A stretch of DNA of 50,914 nt from a virus (taxonomy: Duplodnaviria > Caudoviricetes). Each line of letters starts with the position of its first letter. Position 1 is the first letter of the stretch. A program made the translations under genes and the position numbers. Below, piece by piece: positions 27,848 through 36,653 of this stretch. Below the pieces are notes generated by a model. That model saw only the letters and a list, made by a program, of their open reading frames with translations, was not told the origin of the DNA and searched no databases. The DNA lies in IMG/VR virus record IMGVR_UViG_3300047560_001018, positions 1-50,914 of that record, one strand, 5' to 3'.

Positions 27848-28270
27848 TTACCATACAGTGTTAACTGGGAACGCGAATGAGATCTCAGCAGAATAACGGT
27901 TTGGCTTATTGTCTTTTGCAGCATATGCTGTGCCGCCTTCTAGCCTAAGTTCACCAGCATCGCTAGGAACAAAGCCAAGAAGTTTATCTCGGACTACATT
28001 GGACACCTGTCGAGCTGATCGCTCAGTTGGACCAACGCAGATAACATCTGCATACGAAACCTTAGTGTCATAGCGAGTGCTAAGAATACCATTCGAGTCA
28101 GTGTTCTCGTACATGTCAGTGTAGGTGATAACGATGTATGGTAGCACGTTACCCAATCCATCAAAACGCAGTTTGCTATCATCCGGTGCAGTGGTCTCGT
28201 ATACGTCCTGTGGTAGCTCACGGAGCTTTGCCGTTATCTGATCATGCACAGCTAGTAGGTCTAGGCTCAC
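27848..28270 (-). CDS. putative tail terminator
   Basis: Synteny; PYIVI and VRDKLLG motifs. Confidence 0.7.
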   Translation of the reverse strand: MSLDLLAVHDQITAKLRELPQDVYETTAPDDSKLRFDGLGNVLPYIVITYTDMYENTDSNGILSTRYDTKVSYADVICVGPTERSARQVSNVVRDKLLGFVPSDAGELRLEGGTAYAAKDNKPNRYSAEISFAFPVNTVW

Positions 28271-29010
28271 TTGTCATACCTTCCTGAGAAGCCAGTCTTC
28301 TTCGAGTAGTTTGCAAAATAACGTGACATAAGGTTGTATGCCTTTGGCAGCGTTCTACGGTATCCGCCTTGAATGGCGTTCATAGGACCAACAAGGAACG
28401 TTCCTCGCTCTTGGTAGTCAAAGTATTTGCGGAATGTTCTGTTCCAGCCAATTTGCACAGTAGTGCTATTTTGATTATATCGGATGCGTTGGTCAACGCT
28501 GTTATACATGAGGCCAGTATCGTATCGAGCACTTCGTGGGCGGCCTTCAGGATTACGGATTCCATGCTGGATCTCACTGATGCCGATTGCACCAATATCA
28601 TTTAGCAGCTCACGAGCAGCATTGATCGGAAAATGCTGGAGAGCTAGGAATGGATCGATAGTAGCTTTATCAATGTTCTTCTTTTCTTTGCTCTTAAAAG
28701 ACATTGTAATAGATTCACCAAAATTACCGCGAGGAACCTGAAGTCTTTCAGATTCCAGACTGCTGAAGAACTTCTGAACATTACCTAGGTTCTGATCAAT
28801 GATACGCTTTGCCGCCGCAACTGTATTACCCCAGTCACCATGCTCGATTGAGATCTCAAAGTGAGTGCGTGAATCGCCGCGATTAGTCGAGTAACCCTCA
28901 CCAGACTGCTGGCGACTAGTGCTAGCGCGTCTAGTTCCAGCCCTATGAGCCTTGCTAGGGTTGCTCTCTCCGCGTCTAATGCGGCGAACACCCGGTACAC
29001 TTCTAGTCAT
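28267..29010 (-). CDS. HK97 gp10-like neck protein with basic N-terminal extension
   Basis: R.DTGLMYNSV and Y..YQERGT motifs; synteny. Confidence 0.65.
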   Translation of the reverse strand: MTRSVPGVRRIRRGESNPSKAHRAGTRRASTSRQQSGEGYSTNRGDSRTHFEISIEHGDWGNTVAAAKRIIDQNLGNVQKFFSSLESERLQVPRGNFGESITMSFKSKEKKNIDKATIDPFLALQHFPINAARELLNDIGAIGISEIQHGIRNPEGRPRSARYDTGLMYNSVDQRIRYNQNSTTVQIGWNRTFRKYFDYQERGTFLVGPMNAIQGGYRRTLPKAYNLMSRYFANYSKKTGFSGRYDK

Positions 29011-29477
29011 TAGCTATTCGTTGGGTCCAGTTCAGTATCGACTCTGCACAGAAGTGTGCGCTCCCAAGCATTGCTTGAGTTGATTACGCCAACAACGCTG
29101 AATACAAATTTAGTAAGAACGTCATTATACGGTGACGAAGTGACGATAAGTCGATCGTTCGGGCGAATGTCCGGAACGACTCCGTTACTACCGGCAAGCG
29201 TGTTCTTGCCAAATGGTAGCTCAACGCGAACGTTCTGGAATAACGTTGGGTTATAGGTATCACCAGCATCGCCGGCATTCCCAATCTGCTGCACACGAGC
29301 AGGGCCAGTGTAGCTGATCAGCTTGTCTCCAGTCCATGTGTTCGTGGTTGGATCATACGTCTGGCCAGTGCTATCTGGGTTGTAGACTTCAACCTGAGCA
29401 AGCTGAAGCCCATAACCGACTGATCGGTTATGGGTTAGCCAGCGAGGATCAATTGATCCGCGAGAGTTTAGAGCCAA
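29010..29477 (-). CDS. head-to-tail stopper (DUF6093-like)
   Basis: YDPTT...YTGPARVQ motif; synteny. Confidence 0.7.
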   Translation of the reverse strand: MALNSRGSIDPRWLTHNRSVGYGLQLAQVEVYNPDSTGQTYDPTTNTWTGDKLISYTGPARVQQIGNAGDAGDTYNPTLFQNVRVELPFGKNTLAGSNGVVPDIRPNDRLIVTSSPYNDVLTKFVFSVVGVINSSNAWERTLLCRVDTELDPTNS

Positions 29478-29872
29478 GAGTTATCCCACTTAGTAGTATA
29501 TCCAACAACTAGGAAGCTGTCAGCTGAATCAAGAGCGTCGTCCTGAGCGGCTTCATCCTGCAGCATCTTTGCCTGTGCGCGAAGCTCAGCACCCAGCTTA
29601 GCACCATCAGTAGTGTAGTCCGTAGTGCGGATCACCTTATTGATCAGGGCTTCGCTAGTTGCCAAAACGAGCTTTGCCTGAGCGGCTGCTCGCTTGATGT
29701 TATCCGAGTACATCGAAACGAATGCTTGAATCTGTGCATCGTTGAATAGGTACTCGCCAGTGCCGAGCGGATTGGCCGGATCGACCAACTGCTCAACATC
29801 TGGAATCAGTAGGCGGACCTGACCAATAGCTGTGCTGTAATCGGGTGGATAAATGTCTGGTACGGTAGGCAT
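29468..29872 (-). CDS. head-to-tail adaptor
   Basis: TAIGQVRLLIPD...YLFNDAQI motif. Confidence 0.8.
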   Translation of the reverse strand: MPTVPDIYPPDYSTAIGQVRLLIPDVEQLVDPANPLGTGEYLFNDAQIQAFVSMYSDNIKRAAAQAKLVLATSEALINKVIRTTDYTTDGAKLGAELRAQAKMLQDEAAQDDALDSADSFLVVGYTTKWDNSWL

Positions 29873-29890
29873 GATTCTATTTTACCTGAT

Positions 29891-30148
29891 CTAATTATTT
29901 TCTTTATCTTCTATGGCATCCCACTTGCCAATTGGGCAACTTGAGTGAGGCAAACTTGCTTTCCAAGGCATATGGCAACCACACTTACGGCACTGCTTTG
30001 AAATTTTGAAAAGGAATGGACAGCCCTGACAGACCGCCAAACGCTCCTCTAGTTGCTCCTCAGTAACTCGACCGATGTTCGGGTTGAGCATGTCCCACGG
30101 CTTCGCCAGTTTCGGCACTTTCGGCAGTGAAGAATTGTCCGTCGACAT
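29891..30148 (-). CDS. small Cys-rich protein (DUF6171-like)
   Basis: RLAVCQGCP...QCRKCGC...K...SCPIGKW; GAAGGA RBS before ATG 30148. Confidence 0.75.
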   Translation of the reverse strand: MSTDNSSLPKVPKLAKPWDMLNPNIGRVTEEQLEERLAVCQGCPFLFKISKQCRKCGCHMPWKASLPHSSCPIGKWDAIEDKENN

Positions 30149-30458
30149 AATCGGTCCTTCCTGGGTGAACATGATCTTCATCAGTGAATTCAACAAATTT
30201 TGGTTGCGATAGCAGGATGTCAGCAAGGCGCTCATTAACACGCAATACATCGTGAACATGGTCATCCAGAACAATTGCCAGCTTGTAAACCTTTGGGTCT
30301 TCAAACTGGACAACTTTGCCTTGCTCAATCTTATACTTCTTCTGCTGCTTGAAAATAATTCGCTCGACCAGCGCAATCTTGAAGAACTGACGCAAGGTCA
30401 TCTCAATTAGGTCTGGGTTACGGTCGAGAACAATCTTCTCGCGCTTGAGAGTTTTCAA
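30060..30458 (-). CDS. hypothetical protein, paralog of 31171-31395
   Basis: LAIVLDDHVHDVL...LLSQPKFV. Confidence 0.65.
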   Translation of the reverse strand: MKTLKREKIVLDRNPDLIEMTLRQFFKIALVERIIFKQQKKYKIEQGKVVQFEDPKVYKLAIVLDDHVHDVLRVNERLADILLSQPKFVEFTDEDHVHPGRTDYVDGQFFTAESAETGEAVGHAQPEHRSSY

Positions 30459-31150
30459 TTGTATTCCTTACGGTGCCACATAGTGCGCTTGTACGAACGC
30501 TTCTCATCACGGACAATCTGAGCATGCGCCTCTAGGGTTCCGGCGAGGCCCTGATCGTTCTCCACCATCATCCATGACTCACGCTTCAATGGGATTACCT
30601 GAGCAAAAGGAGTGCCTTCCTTTATTGTGCCCTCCCAGCCTTCACGGATGAAGAACGGAATGTTGCCCGCGCCCCAGAACTCGTCCGAGTCCATGATTGC
30701 AGTGACCGTATAAAATGGCAACTCAACCTGATTCAGTGGGTGAGTCACGATAGTTGACCAACCCTTTGGAGTGCGCCATCCCCACATGCCGGCAAAGACT
30801 AGATGGTTTGGAGCAAAACCAAACGGACGAGGCATAGTGTGCCCCATCTCTTTTGGTCGCTCATTGATAATCTGACCAACCTTATCTGACTCCCAAGTAA
30901 TATCCAGTGAACCGTCTTCAGTAATCTTGACGTGGACGTCACAAGGCCACACTAGGTAATATCCAGTGATCATGGCATCCATGTATGGCTTGCATTCCTT
31001 TAGGCCAGGTCGCAATTCCTCACCAGTCTCGGCAGTTTTGTAAAATGACTCAGCCATCTTGAACCACTCTGGGAAAATGCGCTTTGCTGGCACAGGCTGC
31101 CCTGCGCCGCCATGCGCCGCAAGGTTTGTTACAAATCTAATTAGTTTCAT
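30455..31150 (-). CDS. DUF6065-like (dUTPase-like beta-clip) protein
   Basis: PEWFK, LKECKPYMDAMITGY, HPLN, I.EGTPFAQVIP.KRE.W. Confidence 0.6.
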   Translation of the reverse strand: MKLIRFVTNLAAHGGAGQPVPAKRIFPEWFKMAESFYKTAETGEELRPGLKECKPYMDAMITGYYLVWPCDVHVKITEDGSLDITWESDKVGQIINERPKEMGHTMPRPFGFAPNHLVFAGMWGWRTPKGWSTIVTHPLNQVELPFYTVTAIMDSDEFWGAGNIPFFIREGWEGTIKEGTPFAQVIPLKRESWMMVENDQGLAGTLEAHAQIVRDEKRSYKRTMWHRKEYN

Positions 31151-31170
31151 TTCGCCCTTTATTTATTTTG

Positions 31171-31395
31171 TTACTGGTTTGAGAATGTTCCAGATTCTGG
31201 ATCATACTTCATTCCAGGCTGGACCTCGTTGCGGTCTACCTGCACAAAGGTTGGCTGAGCCAAGAACTGCGCAGCTGACTGTCCATCGGTCGAGATGACC
31301 TGATAAACAGTGTCATTGATTACGACAGCAATGCTGTAGATCGCTTCCGATGCGCCATCAAGGACTGATAGTCCAGGTACTTCTGGGAGTGACAT
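31171..31395 (-). CDS. putative fibre assembly chaperone
   Basis: IAVVINDTVYQVI...FLAQPTFV...PGMKYD...F; directly follows the fibre-tip gene. Confidence 0.55.
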   Translation of the reverse strand: MSLPEVPGLSVLDGASEAIYSIAVVINDTVYQVISTDGQSAAQFLAQPTFVQVDRNEVQPGMKYDPESGTFSNQ

Positions 31396-31403
31396 TTTAT
31401 TCC

Positions 31404-32303
31404 TTAATTTGGATTGATTGTGATTCCGTTAATTGTGGTACTTTGATTATAAGTTGCTGGTGCCACGTTGAGTCCGTACTTTTTAGTCTTCGTTGGTGAG
31501 CTGGCGTCATAGGTTATCTCTGAATCAATGATCGAAGTTCCAGCTGAATCCGAATAGGTACTAAGCTTGATCTGATCGCCCTTGGTCTTTACCCTAAGCG
31601 CACTAGCGGCGGTACTAAGAGTCCATTGACCGATCGATGAAATGGTTCCAGCAACCGACTGAAGGATGCGGATTGAGCGAGGATAGCAGGTCTGACAAGT
31701 CTGCCCCTGCGAATAGCCAGTGCAACCATAAGTAGTGCATCCATAGCCAGTACAACCGTAGCCCGAGCAAGAATAGCCATTGCAGGCATAGGCAATGCAA
31801 CCATAGCCAGCATAAAGAGCACAGCCATAGGCAATACAGTTACCACGCGAGTACTGCGAGCAGCCGTAGCCAAGGCAGCCATAGGCGACACAGATGTAGC
31901 TGGAGCAGGTGTAGGACGTGCAACCGGTTGCAGTACAACCGTAGCCAGTGCAGCCAGTTGACGAGCAGTAGTAGTAGTAACTGCAGTTGCAGCTCACGGT
32001 TGTCTGCTCTAAGCCAGCAGCCCACCAGTTGTTGCTATCCGTTACCCAGAATGAGCCGCCAGTGCCGTTGCCCCCGGTTGCAATCAGCATGTCAGCATCC
32101 TGATAAGGCATTTCCTGAACAGCAATCGGATAGTTCGTATCGGTAGACGTAGCAGTCGTAGGTGTGACATTGAATGAACCGCGCACAGTAGTCCATTGCG
32201 AGCCATCAGTTGCGGTGCCAATGCCAGTGCTAGTGCGGTTGAAAGTATCCACAAAGCGCTTTCGCACCGATGCCATCTGTGCGGATATAGATAAACGGGA
32301 CAT
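31404..32303 (-). CDS. fibre-tip/lectin-fold protein with inserted 20-Cys (CxxYG)n ladder
   Basis: FVDTFNR...G.ATDGSQW...G is a beta-sandwich-type start; 102-aa Cys repeat insert; coupled to the fibre gene. Confidence 0.75.
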   Translation of the reverse strand: MSRLSISAQMASVRKRFVDTFNRTSTGIGTATDGSQWTTVRGSFNVTPTTATSTDTNYPIAVQEMPYQDADMLIATGGNGTGGSFWVTDSNNWWAAGLEQTTVSCNCSYYYYCSSTGCTGYGCTATGCTSYTCSSYICVAYGCLGYGCSQYSRGNCIAYGCALYAGYGCIAYACNGYSCSGYGCTGYGCTTYGCTGYSQGQTCQTCYPRSIRILQSVAGTISSIGQWTLSTAASALRVKTKGDQIKLSTYSDSAGTSIIDSEITYDASSPTKTKKYGLNVAPATYNQSTTINGITINPN

Positions 32304-33484
32304 TAGATTGCCAAGTCTCCAATCAGAACCCATGAGTCAGTTGCGCGCTTAATTAGCGTTGCTGATGACCACTGCGTACGCAGTTTATTTCCCGGAGTCT
32401 TATCAAGGGTAACGCCGCCAGCACCTGAAACAGTTACCTGACCTGCGCCAGTCTGAAGTAGGGTTATGGTTGCGCCAACAGGAAATGCAGTTGTTGCATT
32501 GGTTGGTACAGTTACCGAAATTGCAGCGGCGTTATTTAGTTCAACCATCCTGTTGTGGTCAGTCAATGCGACAGTGTAAGTAGTTCCAGTCTGCGCATTA
32601 ATTGATGTGATAGTTGGGTCAACTGGTGTTTTGTTTTTCCAGAGGCCACTTGAAGCCTCATAAGTAATTACTTGACCATCAACTTTGGTGCCGATAAGCA
32701 CGTCATGTAGCTCATCAACCTCGTAACCATTTTGTACGGTTACAAATATAGAACCCTGAGTTGCATGTGAACGAGTACAGTAACCAATCTGCACAGTGTG
32801 TGCTGGAGCAACTGGCTTAGTCGTAGTCATACCACCAGCAACAGTGCTAGATAGCCATACAGTTGCGCCTTCAGTAAGCGTAGATGTATCGATGTTGCGA
32901 ACTAGACCGAAGGTTGTACACGGTGCTTTTGAACCGCCAGAAGCGTCATCGGTCATAACGCCAAGTGTTTTAGCTGAAGTGGTATCGCTAGTAGCAATGG
33001 AGTAATCGACGAGCATATTTGCGCCGTCAGAGCCGACTACATAGACAACCTTGCCGTTAGTCAAGCCAGACGAGTCAAAACGCTTTACGTTCTGTGCAAG
33101 TTCTTGACCAAGCTGATAAGTAATACCCGGAGCCTGCAGGTCAAGCGTGTTATCAACAGTATTCCAAGACAGTGTTCCAGTAGCAGTAGGTACACCAGTT
33201 GGGGTTGTATCAAAGCCGATCGAATTTACAGCAGATAGATCATTAGTCCACTGCGTTGCAAAATCAGTACTGCTACTCTTTGCAAGTAGTTGTCCTGCAG
33301 TGCCACCGGTTGGAACACCAGTATTCTGGTATGCAAGTGAAACCCATGCAGTAGCGCCATCACCATGCTTTACAAGCTTAGTATCGGTTTCTACACCAGC
33401 CTCACCAACTGCTAGGACTGGATTTGTTGAGGTCCAGTTTGCTGCAGTATCGTGACGCAGCTGAATTCGAGTTTGGACTGGCAT
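32303..33484 (-). CDS. fibre protein with Mtd/hyaluronidase-type N-terminal domain
   Basis: IQLRHDTAANW...NPVLAVGE.GVETDT..K.GDG..W; C-terminal INAQTGTTYT...QWSSATLIK..WVL.GDL. Confidence 0.85.
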   Translation of the reverse strand: MPVQTRIQLRHDTAANWTSTNPVLAVGEAGVETDTKLVKHGDGATAWVSLAYQNTGVPTGGTAGQLLAKSSSTDFATQWTNDLSAVNSIGFDTTPTGVPTATGTLSWNTVDNTLDLQAPGITYQLGQELAQNVKRFDSSGLTNGKVVYVVGSDGANMLVDYSIATSDTTSAKTLGVMTDDASGGSKAPCTTFGLVRNIDTSTLTEGATVWLSSTVAGGMTTTKPVAPAHTVQIGYCTRSHATQGSIFVTVQNGYEVDELHDVLIGTKVDGQVITYEASSGLWKNKTPVDPTITSINAQTGTTYTVALTDHNRMVELNNAAAISVTVPTNATTAFPVGATITLLQTGAGQVTVSGAGGVTLDKTPGNKLRTQWSSATLIKRATDSWVLIGDLAI

Positions 33485-34254
33485 TACGCCGTTCCTCCAT
33501 TAATAAATGTGACATAAGTAGGGTCAAATGTCAAAGTCGATGTACTACTATTATACACGATAGGGTCTGTTGCGTTCAGATTATCAAGGGATCCCGGTGG
33601 GCCTTGAATACCCTGTTCACCCTGTATACCTTGGATGCCTTGAGGTCCAGTATCTCCAGTGTCTCCCTTGTCGCCCTTAATGCCCTGGATACCCTGAATA
33701 CCCTGATCGCCAGTGTCACCCTTCTCGCCTTGGATACCTTGAATACCTTGGATGCCCTGAATACCTTGGATTCCCTGTTCACCCTGTGGACCGGTTGCGC
33801 CTACGGTGTAGAACGTTCCGTCAGCTCCTGGCACAGGAGAGAGCGCGGTGAGGTCAACGGTTGTGCCGGATGGCAGGCTGAAACTGTATGGCTCAATGTT
33901 GACTGGAGTATCAGTCTGGTCGGTAAGACGGAAGCTCACCTCCCAAGTCCAGTTGACTGGGTTGGCCTGCGGATCGTCAGTAGCAAGCAGGCGAATGCCG
34001 CGAGTTGTTCCATAACCGCACAGGTAGCCATCTGCATCTAGAGTTGCCTCAACTGTAGCTGGAACAACAGTGACTGGATCTGGGCTAGCAGTAGCATCTA
34101 GCAAGTAAGCTGGCGATGGCGTAAAGAAGATCGAGCCCTTGGCTGCTTGGCCATCTGGGTATACATCGCCATCAACGCTATCAGCGTATGCTAGCAGGAA
34201 GCGGCCAGTTACGGTTCCGTAGCTTAGGTTTGAAGGTAGATCAATGATCGGCAT
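33484..34254 (-). CDS. collagen-like fibre protein
   Basis: (G-X-Y)n repeats (GIQ/GEQ/GDT); C-terminal INGGTA. Confidence 0.85.
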   Translation of the reverse strand: MPIIDLPSNLSYGTVTGRFLLAYADSVDGDVYPDGQAAKGSIFFTPSPAYLLDATASPDPVTVVPATVEATLDADGYLCGYGTTRGIRLLATDDPQANPVNWTWEVSFRLTDQTDTPVNIEPYSFSLPSGTTVDLTALSPVPGADGTFYTVGATGPQGEQGIQGIQGIQGIQGIQGEKGDTGDQGIQGIQGIKGDKGDTGDTGPQGIQGIQGEQGIQGPPGSLDNLNATDPIVYNSSTSTLTFDPTYVTFINGGTA

Positions 34255-34261
34255 TATTATC

Positions 34262-34678
34262 CTATACCAGAGTCAAGTCTAGGGTCTCGCCGCCAGACAG
34301 GGTTAGCATCTTATTGTCGAGCCCATTGAGTGGAGTTCCACCCTGATCGGTAAGCTTGAACTTTACGGTCCAGTACCAATTGTTTGGGATGGTATCAGGA
34401 TCATCAGTGGCAATCAGTCTCACACCTCGACCGCCCTGCGGGCCATAGAGGTAGCCTTCTGCGTCGAGAGTGCATTCCACAGTGGCTGGCATGATCGTTA
34501 CCGGAGCTGGACTGGCGGTAGGGTTTTTGACTGCGTTTACAGATGGCACAAAGAAGACGCTGCCTACGGCTGCAATACCGTCTGGCTCATTACCAGCATC
34601 TGCGCTGTCTGCGTAAGCCAAAAGGAAGCGGCCAATCACTGTGCCATAGCCTAGGTTAGTTGGAAGATCAGTAGTCAT
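34262..34678 (-). CDS. paralog of the N-terminal domain of 33484-34254
   Basis: DLP.NL.YGTV.GRFLLAYADS.D and PATVE.TLDA.GYL shared. Confidence 0.8.
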   Translation of the reverse strand: MTTDLPTNLGYGTVIGRFLLAYADSADAGNEPDGIAAVGSVFFVPSVNAVKNPTASPAPVTIMPATVECTLDAEGYLYGPQGGRGVRLIATDDPDTIPNNWYWTVKFKLTDQGGTPLNGLDNKMLTLSGGETLDLTLV

Positions 34679-35556
34679 TATGCCGTACCGCCATTGATGA
34701 TAAGTAGATTATAGTTAAGCGAGATAGTCTGAGTGCCGGAGTTATACTCAACTGGCGATGTTGCATAGGCTACGCCAGATGGTCCCTGTGGACCAGTGGC
34801 TCCAGTGAGGCCCTGTATGCCCTGTATGCCCTGTGAGCCAGTTAAACCGGTGTCACCTTTAGGGCCGGCGGGTCCTTGGATTCCAGCGTCACCTTGAGGT
34901 CCCTGTGGGCCAGTAGCACCATCTGCGCCAACTAGCGATGCTAGCCAGTCTTGCTCAGTTCCATTGAAGCCATTTAGCTGTGCAATCTGATAGGCCGAGA
35001 GACCAGTTAGTCCCTGATATCCTTGAAGGCCTTGATCTCCCTTTGCCCCAGAAGGACCCATAGGCCCCATAGAACCCGTGAGACCAGTGTCACCTTGTGG
35101 ACCAGTAGGACCAGTTTCGCCTTGTATGCCTTGTGGTCCTTGAGGACCAGCAATACCTTGGATTCCTTGCGGTCCAGTATTGCCGTCTGCGCCTGGGAGG
35201 CCCTGCACTCCTTGAGGACCCTGCGGTCCCATAGGTCCAGTTTCGCCCTGTGGACCTTGGATACCTTGCGGACCTTCAGGCCCCTCAAGTCCTTGAGCTC
35301 CTTGAGGTCCGACCTCACCTTGGATACCCTGTATTCCTTGTTCGCCTTGGATACCTTGCGGTCCAACGAGGCCCTCTGGCCCTTGCTCTCCTTGTACACC
35401 CTGCTCGCCCTGTTCGCCCTTTGGTCCCGGAACTCCATCGCTTCCGGGTGCGCCAGATCCACCAGACTTCTTGTCTAGTTTCTTTATTTCATTCTCAACC
35501 TTATCAGCCCAATCTTGCGACTGCTGAGGGAGATTGTTATCTGGGAAAATGATCAT
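34678..35556 (-). CDS. collagen triple-helix fibre protein
   Basis: Long G-X-Y tracts, [22 protein letters not shown] interruption, C-terminal INGGTA. Confidence 0.9.
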   Translation of the reverse strand: MIIFPDNNLPQQSQDWADKVENEIKKLDKKSGGSGAPGSDGVPGPKGEQGEQGVQGEQGPEGLVGPQGIQGEQGIQGIQGEVGPQGAQGLEGPEGPQGIQGPQGETGPMGPQGPQGVQGLPGADGNTGPQGIQGIAGPQGPQGIQGETGPTGPQGDTGLTGSMGPMGPSGAKGDQGLQGYQGLTGLSAYQIAQLNGFNGTEQDWLASLVGADGATGPQGPQGDAGIQGPAGPKGDTGLTGSQGIQGIQGLTGATGPQGPSGVAYATSPVEYNSGTQTISLNYNLLIINGGTA

Positions 35557-35578
35557 TGTACGTCTATTCTATCGTGAA

Positions 35579-35626
35579 CAAAAGAAAAGACCCCCTCGGA
35601 GCAAGAAGGCTCAACAAGGGGGTCTT
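35579..35626 (-). terminator. intrinsic terminator (nrdHEF and sRNA)
   Basis: AAGACCCCCT...AGGGGGTCTT followed by TTCTTTT. Confidence 0.85.
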
Positions 35627-35660
35627 GTAACACACACACGCGGAAAGGAGGTATCCGCGT
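35579..35660 (-). ncRNA. putative sRNA mimicking the 16S rRNA 3' tail (anti-SD loop)
   Basis: Extended -10 TGATATAAT (35673-35665), hairpin ACGCGGA-TACCTCCTT-TCCGCGT, GU-repeat linker, then terminator. Confidence 0.65.
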
Positions 35661-35690
35661 ATATATTATATCATGTTATTCAGTTGTGGA

Positions 35691-36653
<963 letters not shown>

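Noticed and set aside
32303-33484. Diversity-generating retroelement implied by the Mtd-type N-terminus
   Set aside because: No reverse transcriptase motif and no TR/VR repeat pair seen.
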